Shown: positions 50,789 through 62,919 of the stretch, in pieces
Layout: each line of letters starts with the position of its first letter
Position numbering within the stretch: position 1 is the stretch's first letter
Assembly: GCA_013265495.1 (NCBI GenBank)
Contig: MU058714.1
Coordinates: forward strand, 496,001-560,000
DNA length: 64,000 nt
Origin: Vicugna vicugna
Taxonomy: Eukaryota
Direction: 5' to 3'
Position numbers and translations under genes: made by a program
The notes under the pieces: generated by a model
The model's database searches: none
What the model was told of the DNA's origin: nothing
The model's input: the letters and a program-made list of their open reading frames with translations, nothing else

Positions 50789-50973
50789 TGATGTCTGCTG
50801 TCCCCCCAGAGCCCGCTGCCCCCCCCGGGGAAGGAGCTGCGCCCTCCTTCCTGGACAGGATCCAGCAGCTAAGCATGGCGGAGGAAGGGGGCCTGGAGGA
50901 GAGAGTGGAGTCTGAGGGCAGCGACGAGGCCGAGGAAGACAGGTCCCAGCTGGTGGTTTTGGACCCAGACCAT
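50789..50973 (+). CDS. CCDC40: CCDC40 exon 5 (185 nt)
   Basis: Acceptor CTCTCTTACGCCTCAG|; encodes (V)[61 protein letters not shown]; donor CAT|GTAAGG. Confidence 0.92.
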
Positions 50974-51195
50974 GTAAGGAGACATCCCCGGGTTTTGCTG
51001 TTGCCCCACAAAGATGAAGAGGGACTCCGCTTCTCCTGCACCTGCCCCGGAGGCCCTTCCCACCCTGCCCTCCGCAGACCTCCGCCACCCCCTCAAACGC
51101 CATGCTCTCGTCTCTCCCCCCTCAGCGTTTTTTTCTGCAGGGTTTGGACTGCTGCTTTGTAAAGTGTATTCTCCCTTTAGGTTCATATGCTGGGT

Positions 51196-51394
51196 CAGCA
51201 TTTCTCAACCTTGGCGCCATTGATATTTGGGGCTGGATCACTCTTTGTTGGCGGGAGCTTCCTGGGCACCACAGGGCAGCATCCCTGGGCTCCACCCACT
51301 AGGCGCCAGTAGCACCCCTTAGTTGTGACAACTAGGAATCTCTCCAGACTTTGGGTGTTGGGTGGGGACAAAAATCACTCCACTGATGACCACT
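51196..51394 (-). mobile_element. MER20 hAT fossil
   Basis: TTTCTCAACCTTGGCGCCATTGATATTTGGGGCTGGAT...GCAGCATCCCTGG...AGTTGTGACAAC...TCTCCAGAC. Confidence 0.8.
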
Positions 51395-51800
51395 CGAGTG
51401 TCCCAACCCTCTGGCAAGTAGGGAGGGCAGGTCTTGATTGGATGAGCCCCTGTGGAAAGCCGTGGTGCTCCAGGCACCGCCAGAGGGATCCGGTTGTGCT
51501 GGGAAAGGGGGCTGAGCACTCACTCGGTGCTGGCACCCCATGCGCTGCTCCTCGCTGCCCTCTGACCCCCGGGGAGAACCAGAACCACTGCCCCAGCTCA
51601 CCCTGTCATTTTGCCAAAATATGCACTCAGGTCCTTCCGTGCTTAGGATGAGACCACGGGCGCTTTGACTTTGTGGCTTCTGGAGTAAGAATCCCGGGCA
51701 GAAGTGGGGAGCACCCGCCTGGAAGTCATTCCTGCAGCAATTTAGGCTCAGCCCTGGAGGGGACAGGGCAGTAACCGGCTGTGCTCTTCCGTCGTTTTAG

Positions 51801-51884
51801 CCCCTGATGATCAGATTCCAGGCTGCCCTGAAGAACTATCTTAACCGGCAGATAGAGAAGCTGAGGCTGGAGCTTCAGGAGCTG
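51801..51884 (+). CDS. CCDC40: CCDC40 exon 6 (84 nt)
   Basis: Acceptor GTCGTTTTAG|; encodes [28 protein letters not shown]; donor CTG|GTGCGT. Confidence 0.96.
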
Positions 51885-51957
51885 GTGCGTACCTGTCCCG
51901 CCTTCCGCCCGGCTGTGCGCCCGCGGCCCGGTGACCCAGCTTCTCTCTCTGCTGCAG

Positions 51958-52177
51958 GGCGTGGCCACCAAGCAAGGCCGAGTCCAGCGGCAGGAGCTGG
52001 GGGTGGACCTCTACGGGGTCCAGCAGCACCTGGCCCGCCTGCAGATGCAGCTGGAGAAGAGCCACGACCGCCACTCGACCGCCGCGTGCGCCAGGCGCCG
52101 TAAGGAGGAGGAGCTGCAGAGCGCGCGCCTGCTCTACGCCAAGACCTGCGCCGCCGCCGGCGAGGAGCGCAGACAGC
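51958..52177 (+). CDS. CCDC40: CCDC40 exon 7 (220 nt)
   Basis: Acceptor TCTCTCTCTGCTGCAG|; encodes [39 protein letters not shown]...[12 protein letters not shown]; donor AGC|GTAAGG (phase 1). Confidence 0.96.
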
Positions 52178-54049
52178 GTAAGGCGCGCGCGTCCTCGCGG
52201 GTGTCCTCGTGGCGCGTCCCCGCCTGCCTCTGCAACTGGGTGGGGCGTCCCCGAGGGCCGTCACAGGGCATCAGGAGAAGCAAGATGTGTTCGTGTCCTG
52301 GAGGAGTTCCCAGCCTCTGGGGGGAGGGAAGACATAAATGTCTTAAAAGGGACCTAATTAGGCAAAGCAGCAAACGCTGAAAGCTGGCAGGTGGGGTACA
52401 CAGGTCAAAGCAGGAGAGGCTGGTGGCGTCGAAGGTAGGGTATCCAGAGGGCAGGAGGAGCGGGAAGGGACAGGCTTTGAATAGGTGGGGAGGTATGGGT
52501 GAGGCTGCCCTGCAGCCCCGGGTTGTGCGGCAGATTAAGGGGGGCGGGGGCCTTGGAGCAGAAGAAACAGTGGGGCTACCACTCATCACCGCTCACTGTT
52601 GCCACCAAAGCAGTGGCCCAGCACAGAGCCCAGGTCGCGGGTCACAGTCAGCAGTGCGGCCGCCCCAGGTTACTTCAGTCTCTGTGCTTTTTCTTGTTTC
52701 CAACTTCCTTTATCAACTCTGTATTACTATTACAACGGGGGGAGGAACCTAAGAGAATCCGAAAGAAAACGGCATCACACGTTTATCTCAACTATGGCTG
52801 GAAAGAAGCATTTTGGGCCCTGAGAGATGCCGGGGAGGTTTCCAGATGGACAGAGTTGGGACATGCGCTCACTTCTGGAGTACCCCTCCCTGACTACCGC
52901 CAAGTTAACAGAATCTACCAAAAAGAGAGGAGTGGGGCATTCACACCAAAGCAACAGAGCCACGTCCTCTGGATGGAACAGAATTTAGACCAACCTGAAA
53001 GAGGACACAGGTTCTCCCACCCCCTCCACACAGCAGCAAGTGCCAGCCAGCACCCCTCACCAGAGGCTCAAGGTATGGGTGGGCTTCTGGAAAGCTCTAA
53101 ATGTCTTTGTGGACACTGCATCCTTTCTAGAGGCCACCAAGGAACAGGAGCAGAAGGGGGTTCCACCAAGCAAGGACCCCTCTAACAGCGCCAGTTCCCC
53201 CTTCTCCAAACTAAGGAATTCGGAGAATGGGCCCAGCCTTGCCCACCAAGTGTGGTCCCATAGGTGACACATGGGGCTTTGCCTGTGGAGGACTTCCATG
53301 GTTGGCCGCCTCACCTGGGAGGGAGTGGAAGCCCAGCAGCCAGTAGACCTTCTCGTCCAAGTGTGAGGCAGCAGCAGCAGCCCCCAGACAGGAGAGCAGG
53401 CAGGGCTTGACCGACAGAGCGGACGCCTCCACAGACACAGGCCAGTTTCTGGAAATGGCACGCGTCCACTGGCGTCCGACTTGAGATTGTAGAGGATGTC
53501 ACACGGGGCAAATGAATGCGAAGTGTTGTGGAAAAGGATCCTTGGAATTAAAAAACAATCAGCATCTCCCACCCCCCCCCCAAAAAAAAAGAAAGAAAGA
53601 AAGAAAAAGGCACTAAATAGACAAACCAGCGCTGATGGAAGCGGAACTTGTAAACTGACAGGCCAGTTGGGGGAATTCTGCCCAGAGTTCAGGGCAAAAC
53701 CCAACATGATGGACACTTTGAGAAGGAGATACAAGATGTGGACAAACAGACCTGAAAAAGTCAGTGTCCACAAGACAGAAATTCCAGGAGATTAGGGGCA
53801 TTAGCCAGTGACATCAGACGGAAACATTTGCATGAGTTCTCGAAAGGTGAATCTTCAGTTATAAAGATGCACAGAGGGCCAGACAGGTGGAAGGAAAACA
53901 AACATGCCTTGACACAGTTGGTGGAATTTTTAAGTTCCAAAGGGAAAGGGAAAAAAAATACCACAGGCTTACAAGCAGGTTGAAGCCAGACACTTCCTGC
54001 GTTATTAACCCTCTAGGGAGCGGGGTGGAAGATCTGGGAAACTCTTCCC

Positions 54050-55460
54050 AGGCTTATTTTATAATGCTTGGTGTAATCCTTGCTGATAAAGCTTCCAACC
54101 TCCAAAAACAGAACACTATAAAGAGGTCCTACTTGTGCCATGTGGAAATCCTGAATAAAATATTAGCAAATACTAAATTTTCACTCAGTGACAAAAAGAA
54201 TAAGTTCAGCAATATAGGAAAAGAAAGATACCTCTTAATGATTCTGGACTAGTCTGAAAGTCGGAAATCTGCTAACGTGTTGCATTAAATTCATCCGTTA
54301 AAGGACAGAGGGGGGAGAAAAGATTCTCTGGGGGGATGCCAAGTGGGTGTTTGGCTATAACTCATTGTCCACCCTAAACTATGGAAGGAAAGCCCTTTGT
54401 AAGTATTTGCCAGAAACTGACAAGAAACTGCTGCTCCAGGGAGAGCCCTGAGCCGTCACAGAGAAGATCGGGAGTGAGACGGGGGTCTGCGCTGTTTTGG
54501 AGGTTCCAGCCATGCGAGAAGACAGAAGTAAATGAGGTGTAGGCTCTGGGTGTGAATCATGAAGCTCACTCTCCACCAATGGTATGATGGTTTACCTGGA
54601 GGAGCCAAGATTACTGATGGAAAAAGAAAAAGCTAATTAAAAAGAAATCTAGAAAGTAACTGGATACCAGAGCTGCAGTTGTCTACCAGTAATACCCAAT
54701 TACAAATTATAATTAAAAAAAAAAACTCATCCATAACAGCGATAGCAACCATGAAACACTTAGGAGGAAGTCTAACAAGAAGTGGGTCCGCCTGTCTGGA
54801 GAAAAACAATAAAACTTTACTAAGGGACCTAAAACAGATTTGAATAAATGGAACAGTCATGTTACCAGGATGGGAAGATACAACCATGTGAAGATGTCAT
54901 TTGTCTCCAAGTTAATAAGTAGTTCGGTGCAATTCCCGTTACAATCCATGACGGGATGTTTTGGGTGAACTTGAATTAACTTAACCTATTTATTTACTTA
55001 TTTTCAAGAAGTAATTATTCAACATTGAAGCCCTCTGAAGTCTCCCCATCTGCCCCCACCTCCAGCCCCCTCCGCAGAGGCCCCGGTGGTATTGATTCCT
55101 GCGTGTTCTGTTGAAGATATTTTTGCACATAAAAGCCAAGTTATAAGTGTGCAGCGTTTTGTCCTGTACCTTTTACACAAGTAGCTGCGCGGTGTGCCCA
55201 CTGCTGTTCCTCGCAGCTTTTTCCCCTTATCGATGCGCTCCATTCCTGACAAATTGATTTTAAAGTTCACTTGGAACACTAAGTGCACAAGAATATCCAA
55301 GAAAATTTTAAAAAAGAAGGATTATGAAGGAAAACTGTCCATTTAGCTGCTTACTGCAAACTGAATGTGCCGGTGGCATTGTTAGATCACTGAATATTTT
55401 TTGATCATTTGACCACCTGAAAATAAACACTCAGACCCCTACTTCACACTAAACAAATCC
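54050..55460 (+). mobile_element. Ancient, heavily decayed L1 ORF2 remnant (further pieces at about 57030-57650)
   Basis: Residual EILNKILAN motif in ORF 53887-54252; AAAACTTTACTAAGGGACCTAAAACAGATTTGAATAAATGG; CTCAGACCCCTACTTCACAC. Confidence 0.62.
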
Positions 55461-56122
55461 TATTGACCCTGCAAATCTCTCCAACTTCCTCTTCTGCCAC
55501 CAAGTCGAGAAAACTCACCTGCTTAGATGAGGCCCACCTTAAAATGTCCCTTTTTGCCACAAAACACAGCCTAATCACAGGAGTGACCATGGGGGCAAAG
55601 GTCATGGGAAGCGTATAAAATTCTGCCCACCCCGTCTTCATTGCATAAATGACCCTTCAAGCTCTGCCACCACAGGTTGAGGTCTTGCCCTCTAAATACA
55701 CTGGTGTTCTGGCTTGTAAATCAGTCTCACGTGAGTTTCGTTAAAAGGAACCCATTCCTCCGTCCCAGGGGCTTCAGTGGCGCTCAGCCCACCCATCAGG
55801 CTAGTTTCTTCCTGGGGGTTTAGGTTTGTCCCTGAGATGACCAGCCTCTGAGTGAGCAGAAATCTGTAGAACTCACATGAGGCCCCATAATCCAGCGCTG
55901 TTTCAGAACATCCTTAGATGCGGAGGGTCTCCTGTTCATGGCTGGGATACTGGGCCTAGATTGCACATATTTTTGTCTCTCCAACTTTGTGAGGTCTTTG
56001 AAGGCAAGGTCCGGGTCTTCGTCGTTCGAGCGCCGTTTCTCAGGCCCACCCACCTGGCGGGGGGGCTGCGGCCTCCCTGTCGTCGGGGTGCAGTGCTGGG
56101 ACGCCCCTCTTGTCTCCCGCAG

Positions 56123-56280
56123 TGGCGGCCCTGCAGACGGAGGTGGAGACCCTGGCTCTGCACCTCTTCTACATGCAGAACGTGGACCAGGATGTGCGTG
56201 ACGACATCCGTGTGATGAAGCAGGTGGTGAAGAAGTCGGAGGCCGAGCGGATGCAGGCCGAGCTGGAGAAGCAGCAGCAG
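56123..56280 (+). CDS. CCDC40: CCDC40 exon 8 (158 nt)
   Basis: Acceptor TTGTCTCCCGCAG|; encodes (L)[52 protein letters not shown]; donor CAG|GTGTCC. Confidence 0.96.
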
Positions 56281-56417
56281 GTGTCCTGCCAAGAGGGAGC
56301 CTGCGCCTACCTGTGATTCCTCTGCGGGAACCTGCGGCCGCGGGAGCTGGGCCCACGCGCCTGGGTCGGGGTCGGTGGAGACCCACCTCACGATGCGTCT
56401 CCTCCCCTCGCTTCCAG

Positions 56418-56540
56418 GACCTGCACGTGGACCAGCTCACCGTCCGAGCCAACCAGCTGGAGGAACGGACCGCCCTGCTCGAGGCTCAGTACCGCGCGCA
56501 GGCCGAGGACACCCGGACGCTCAGGAAAGCAGTGAGCGAG
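56418..56540 (+). CDS. CCDC40: CCDC40 exon 9 (123 nt)
   Basis: Acceptor CCCCTCGCTTCCAG|; encodes [41 protein letters not shown]; donor GAG|GTGAGG. Confidence 0.96.
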
Positions 56541-58355
56541 GTGAGGGCTTAGGGGCACGAGGCCGTCTGGCCGCCGCGCCCGGGCTGCGCCTGCTGAGGG
56601 ACTGACTGGCCCCCCGTCAGCCGGCCAGCCCTCTGCACGTCTGTGCGAACCTGTGAGCATCTCAGAGCACCCAGCGACCCGAGGGGGGGACCCGGCTGGT
56701 ACCCGCTGACTGATGGCCCGTGTTCTTATCCTGTCGGAGCCAGTGATGGACTGAAAGTTCTCCAGGAGCTGGGACGTTCTGTTCTGCTTGCCGGGGGATC
56801 CTTAGCAAGTGTATTGGCGACCGCAGGCCTCTTCCGGGGAGGGCCGGGGTCTCCCTAACCACTCAGCCCAGGCAGCCGGCGCCCCGGGGCAGTGCCCACA
56901 TCTCTGCTCCACGCAGGGTAAGGCAGGCATGGACTCAGTGCCACACCAGACCCAGTGGCCGCCCTGGAAACCGAACGTGCCATGACGTTTCTTTTTAAAT
57001 CTGTGACTCACCATCTGCAGTGATGGCACAAAGGAAACAACACACTTTTATTGAAGGCGAGAAAGACGGGCTCAAAGAAATGAACAAACACACGTGGGTC
57101 CACGTGGGGAAGCACCCGGTTCTCTCTAGCCAGGGGATGTCCTTAACCCAGCGGTGCCCCCGGCGGAACCCCTGGGGAGGCGGGGAGCTTCTTAGTTAGT
57201 GAGGCAATTGTGAACTTTATCTGGAAAATAAATTCAGAGAACTAGCCGAGAATCGTCCAGGGAGGTGCTGACGGGTTTCCTGAGAGGTGGGACTTCCTGG
57301 GAGAGTCCTGGACAGGCCGGGCTGGTGGGTCCTCCTAGCGTTACATACAATAGAGGCTAGAATAATGAATTGCTGGAGTCAGGGTCCGAGGTGGGCCGTG
57401 GGAGCCTGAGAGAGAGCTCAGAATCCAGGAGACGTTTCTATAGAAATTTCATGGATTATAAATTAATGGAGAGCAAGTGGATTGTGCACCCAGGGGCATT
57501 GGGACATTCAGTTAATCATTTGGGGGGAAAAAATCAAATCGTTTCCTCATTCCACATGGGACGAAGTATTTAAATGAGGGAAACTGTACCAGAAGGAAAG
57601 AAAAAAGACAAAGATTTATAAAATCCTGGGCTGGAGAGGCCTTTCTGTAAGTGTGGTGGTGCGGAAGGTTTGAAAGTCAGTCCGGACTCTCCTGTGCACG
57701 CTTCTGCACTGTGATGGCTGTGCTCACACGCAATGCTGTGAACTTTTCCTTCGTTGTGTCATTTTGTGCCTTGCACCCCCCTCTGCCGGCTGTGTCGCCG
57801 GGGCAGGGCCGTCGTCCCCCATTTTGTTCATCCTGCATTCCTGCACCCAGAACAGCAAAGTCGTGTGGCAGGTGCACCGCAGACATCGATGATGGAAGAG
57901 GATGAGATGGGGTTCTCCCACCGACTTGGCAGAATGAACAGGAGCAGAAGTGGGGCCCCCAGGCTGGGAGGTGCACATCCGGCTTTTCCGAGATCTTCGT
58001 TCCAGGGCAATGTTGTACAACGTGTCAGGGCCACCCCCTCACCACCCCGCCGCCCCAGCAAAGTCTCCCAAAACATCACTGCTTGGACTTCACTCCAGGG
58101 AAAGCAGGCATGCATATCAAAGTTTTATACATTACGGACTCCATGGACAAGGTGAACAGAGAGTCACGGGGGACCCAGTGTTGTGTGTGACAGCCAAGAA
58201 AGATTCCAAGAAGAGGGCATCGGTTACACAAATTATGATACATCCTTGCACGGGAAGACTGTCCCACCAATGGAACAAATACTTACCAACGTGAAAACCC
58301 ATTCACAACGTGCTCATTTTTAACACTAACTTACAAAGCGATGTATCCATGATTC

Positions 58356-58409
58356 CGCGCACACACGCGTGCGCACATGCACACATGCGTGCACACACAC
58401 GCACACGCA
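58356..58409. repeat. Degenerate CA/CG/TG alternating tract
   Basis: CGCGCACACACGCGTGCGCACATGCACACATGCGTGCACACACACGCACACGCA. Confidence 0.9.
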
Positions 58410-59442
58410 GGAAGACACCGCCAGGCTGTCAGGAATGGTGAGCTCCAAGTGGTGGGGTTATTTCGATTTTCTTTCTGTTTATCTCCATGTTCTAATTTCC
58501 ACAGAGTGAATACTTTTTTTTTTTAATGGGGAAGGTGTTTAAAACATTTAAATGCTGAATTCAGCCTGGATCTTTGCATCTCAGCCTGCACCTCGGTCAG
58601 CAAGCCCTGGTCTGGCAATGAGCACCGTGGTGGGGCCCCTGCCTTAGGCCAGCCAGCCCCACACGGCCCAGCCCTGAGGAGCCCGGTGGTTCTGGTGCCT
58701 GCTGTTGGGCAGTGCACAACCTGCTCCTTGGCACAGAGCGGCCTCCTTGGTTAATAACTTACCCAAATCCAGAAATGTCTCACCAGCCATAGCACAGTTC
58801 ATCCATACCACTTTATTCTCTATAATAATAATGAATCGGCGGTATTTTAAAGCCCTGACAACCAAGAAGGGGATCCCCAGGGGTGATGCTTCCTTCCACA
58901 CCCAGCTCCGCCCTTGCACCGTCACTGTGAGTGTTCAAGGCTCCTCTGGCTTCCTCCAGCGTCTCCCACGCACGTCCACCAAGAGCAGACTCTGCTGGAC
59001 TTGGCTTCTCCACAAAGGTGCTAGCGCCATAAGGAGTGTCTCACCTGAACCCCCACTCGGTGCCCCTTCGGGAATCCAGCACGCGGCCAGGTGCGGTGGT
59101 TCCGGTGGAATGATGAGACTCTGAGCATCACGGCGTAGCAGCCCTGGCGAGCTGAGGACAGGCTGGGCATGCGGGCACCGTCTCGTCTGACCTGACGGCC
59201 CCGGGAGGGGGCACTGGTACTGGGGACCCGGGACCCTGCATGAGGATTCAGGCAGGTGGTGGATGGGCCTTTAGAGCTGTGTTTAATTACACACGTGTCC
59301 TTCTGCTGATGCTGATCAAGAAAAGCAAGGGTAGCAGAGAAGGAAGGTGACCCGGAGAGCTTGGGGCTCCCCGACGGCCTTCTGGGGCTCTGAGCATAAG
59401 GGCACGAGGCCAGCGTCCACATCACCGGACTCTCCCCCGCAG

Positions 59443-59564
59443 GCCTGCGCGGAAATAGACGCCATCAGCATGGAGAAGAGGCGCGTCCTGCAGCAGTGGG
59501 CCTGCAGCCTGCTGGGCATGAAGCACCGTGACGAGGCTCACAGGACCATCCAGGAGGCGCTCAG
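59443..59564 (+). CDS. CCDC40: CCDC40 exon 10 (122 nt); gene continues beyond the window
   Basis: Acceptor CTCTCCCCCGCAG|; encodes [41 protein letters not shown]; donor CAG|GTACCC. Confidence 0.96.
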
Positions 59565-59838
59565 GTACCCCACGGAGGTGGCGGGAGAGCTCGGACACGT
59601 GTGGGGACAGCGGGGCATGGGCGCCGTGCCTGCCTCCTCCCAGGCGGGAACCGTGCGCCCCTCCCCGGCCCCCCTGGGACGGAGGGTGCACCTGCGCCCC
59701 CGGTCCCCGCTTCCGTCCTGAGAGCCCCCTTATTGTTCTCCAGGATTCCGGTGTTTCTTAAATCCTTTCAAACTTCCCGTGGCACCGGGAGCAGCAAAGC
59801 TTTCATGCTCAGATTTCCTGGGAGGATTAAGGAGAAAC

Positions 59839-59858
59839 AGAGAGAGAGAGAGAGAGAG
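59839..59858. repeat. (AG)n microsatellite
   Basis: About 10 AG units. Confidence 0.95.
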
Positions 59859-61394
59859 GGAAGGGGTGTTTATCTCAGGGAGATGAAGGGTCGCCTTGAT
59901 TTGTAGGCTCACCACCTGTGTGCACAAGCGCCGTGCCTGCTCCATTGTTCTGCCGGGGGCCGGGTTCCAGCCCCAATCCGGCTTTAATCTCCCCGCAGAG
60001 GGAAGGAGGAGCCCCCCACCCAGCGTCCCCCTCTCAGGGCTCAGGGCGGCTGGCCGGCTGGGCGTGTGGCCCGGGCCGGGTGCTGGAGGCGGGGGCTCGG
60101 GGCCCAGATGTGGAAGCCGGTCTGGAGCGAGAGCACCGTGGCCTGGACTCGGCCTCCACGCCAGGGCCTGGCACGCAGCCTGGCAGGGGCTGTGCCCGGG
60201 AGCGCCCTGCCCACCGTGCGGAGGAGAGAGTGGGCACTTTGTCATGGCCGCCGGTGGTCTGACAGCTCGGAGGTGTTTCCTTCTTGGTCCCGTGATTAAG
60301 AAAAACAAAAACGGAGGCATAGACATTCGACTGCTTTTAAAGCAAGCCGTTTTCATGGACAGTGGCTGGATTAAAACTTAGACGTCCCGCTAAAGACCTG
60401 CCTCCCCTTTAAACACTTGGGTGGAGGGACCGAGCAGTTGCGGACTCGGGGCTGCGGGCTTGGACGCCTCCCTGCCCGGCCCCTGGGGACCGGGTCCCAC
60501 TGCCTGCAGGGCGGCTGCGCGTTTGGTGCAGCAGAGGCCTTGGCGGGCGGGCCGCTTTTCCCTCGCCCCCGACGTCCACCTTGAGCAAGATCGAGGCCGG
60601 GGGTCGCATGGCCTGAGTGCCCCCACAGGGACCCAGGGTTCAGGGACACCTCCGCGACCCCCACCGTGGTCCTGCGCCCTGTGCCTCTGCGCTAACCCGG
60701 GTGTCCCTCCGCGACCTTCCTCCTCACCTCAGCTGTTCCTATGTGTCCTCGGAGACATGGCTTGGCCATTCCTCCTTTTCTTTTTTCTGAACTCTAATCT
60801 TTTGAACAGATGATACAGCTGCTTGGTTAGAACATCTGTAGACTCAGATGCAGTGAGGCCTCCCTCCCACCCGCATCCTGCTCCACCCAGAGCCCCTCCC
60901 CACAGACGTGTTCCGGGTCCCTTGGGCCTCTCCCGCGACCCGCCGTGCCAGCGAAGGAAGATACACATACCCGTGCTGTCCCCTCTGCCCTGCATTCATT
61001 CAGAAAGCATCCTGGAGAGCTTCCCACAGCAGAGCAGAAAGAGCGTCCCTTCCCCCCTGTCCCCTAGCAGCTCCCGGGGACGCTGAGGTCACCCGCACAC
61101 CTGCCCCACCCCGGGGCTGCCGTCCCGCCCGCACCCGGGACTGCTGTGTCGCACCCACACTGTGCTGTGTAACCGTGCTCCCTGTCGAGCCGGGGAGCTC
61201 TGGGCTCCAGGGTCTGAGCACCACAGGTCTGGCGGGTACTTCCCGGGGGCTGTGACTGCCACACCCCCACCAGCGGTGTTCCTGAGTCCCGCGACAGCTC
61301 CCGTGGCCACACGTTTGGACCATTCCAATCGATTGACAAAAAACAATGGTATCATGTTTTGAAAACAGACACATGGAATGTTCATTTTACCAAA

Positions 61395-61418
61395 ACACAC
61401 ACACACACACACACACAC
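61395..61418. repeat. (AC)12 microsatellite
   Basis: Directly visible. Confidence 0.95.
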
Positions 61419-62919
61419 TCCTAGCAAGTGATGGCTTGTAGTGACTCTGGCTCAGCTTCCTTCCTGCAGCTCTAACTGCACCAGCCACAGAGGCGTGAGC
61501 GCCCCCGCCGCCCAGAACGTGCTGCCCGCACGGGACGCCGTGAGAGCCGTGCGCTCTGGCTGCGGAGCTGCGGGGAGGTGTGAAGGAGGAAACCAAGACG
61601 GTTTAGCGAAGGTCAGGGCGTCGCAAAAACAAAGTATGGCATCGCCTGTGGCTTCCAGGCCAGTTCAGCAGCTGAACTAAATACTAAATGCCAATCCGCA
61701 GCATGTTGGCCATTTTAGAAAATGAACGAAAATGGTGATAGTCCGGGCTGGTGGCCCGGACGTGGGCCACGAGGCCGGCCCCCCGCAGCTGTCTGGGCCA
61801 GGCGGGGATCCCTCCCCTGTGGAGAAGGGGCGAGTGGGTGTGTGAGCTGGGCGCAGGCACTGCCACCGTGCCCAGTGGGCCTCCCTCGGGCCTGGGGTCT
61901 GGCAGGAGGTGCCCCTCCCCACCAGCCTCCCCTGAGCCCAGGGAAGCCTGCAGCCCTGAAGACCTGGGGCCACAGCCACCACAGAGGGCACCGGGTAAAA
62001 ACGTGTCCCCGGACGTGGGGTGTGGGCGAGGCCCTAGGGGACTGATTGCTCCGATGACGCACCGTGTCCCGTCCCTCCTCCCCTTGGGGAGGCCGAGCGG
62101 TGTCCCTCCCCGGGCCTCCCGAGGCTGGTGGACGTGTCCTGCTGACCCGGACCCAGGGGGTGACCTGAGACAGAGAGGTCCACACTGGTCCCCGCCACAC
62201 CCAGGCTTTAAAGACGGCGCCTCCCACCAAATCTGTGCAATGTTAGCGTCAAAGTCGCAGCAGGAGGGGCGGTCACAGCCCCAGCTGAAGGGTCACGTGG
62301 GAGGCTGGAGCAAACACTGCAAGTCACACATTTGAAGCAAACGGGTCATTTTCATGTGAAGGGTCTCAAAATAGGCCAGAAAATACAAAGACAGTGTGCT
62401 GAGCTCGGGCGGCAGGGGACACCCTGCCCAGAACTCACACGCCCGCAGGGAGAGGGCCACTGTGCCCCGCTGTCTGCCTCTGTCGGACCTCCTGGCAGGA
62501 AACACGCGGGGCGGGCAGGGCTCAGGCCTCGCCAGGTGTTAATCTGTCAGCTTCGTCACCTTGAGATCCTGTACCAAGTTCCCTCTTAACCTTCAGACAG
62601 ACTGGGCCGAGCCTCAAGCATCCTCGGAGTCCACCAGCTCTTCTGGGTTCATCTGTTTTCTGTCGGTATCTGCTAATCAAGGAAATTTTTAAAGTGTCTT
62701 CTTTAAAAGTAATTTTTATCAAGGGTAGGTAAGTGATCATGTTACTGGAAATTAGAAAAAGCGACAAGGATGTGAGAGTACCCGTGGCTTTCCCCTTTTG
62801 TAACGGTGACAATTGATCGGCTGGCGTCCCGGTGTCTGTCCCCCGTGGGTAGATTTCAGCGAGTGTTCAGACTTCTGTCATACAGATTGGATGTCTTCGT
62901 TTTATTGTCATTTATAAGG

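Noticed and set aside
51885..51957. Mirtron in the 73-nt intron
   Set aside because: Both the 5' arm and the 3' arm are pyrimidine-rich, so no end-to-end hairpin is evident.
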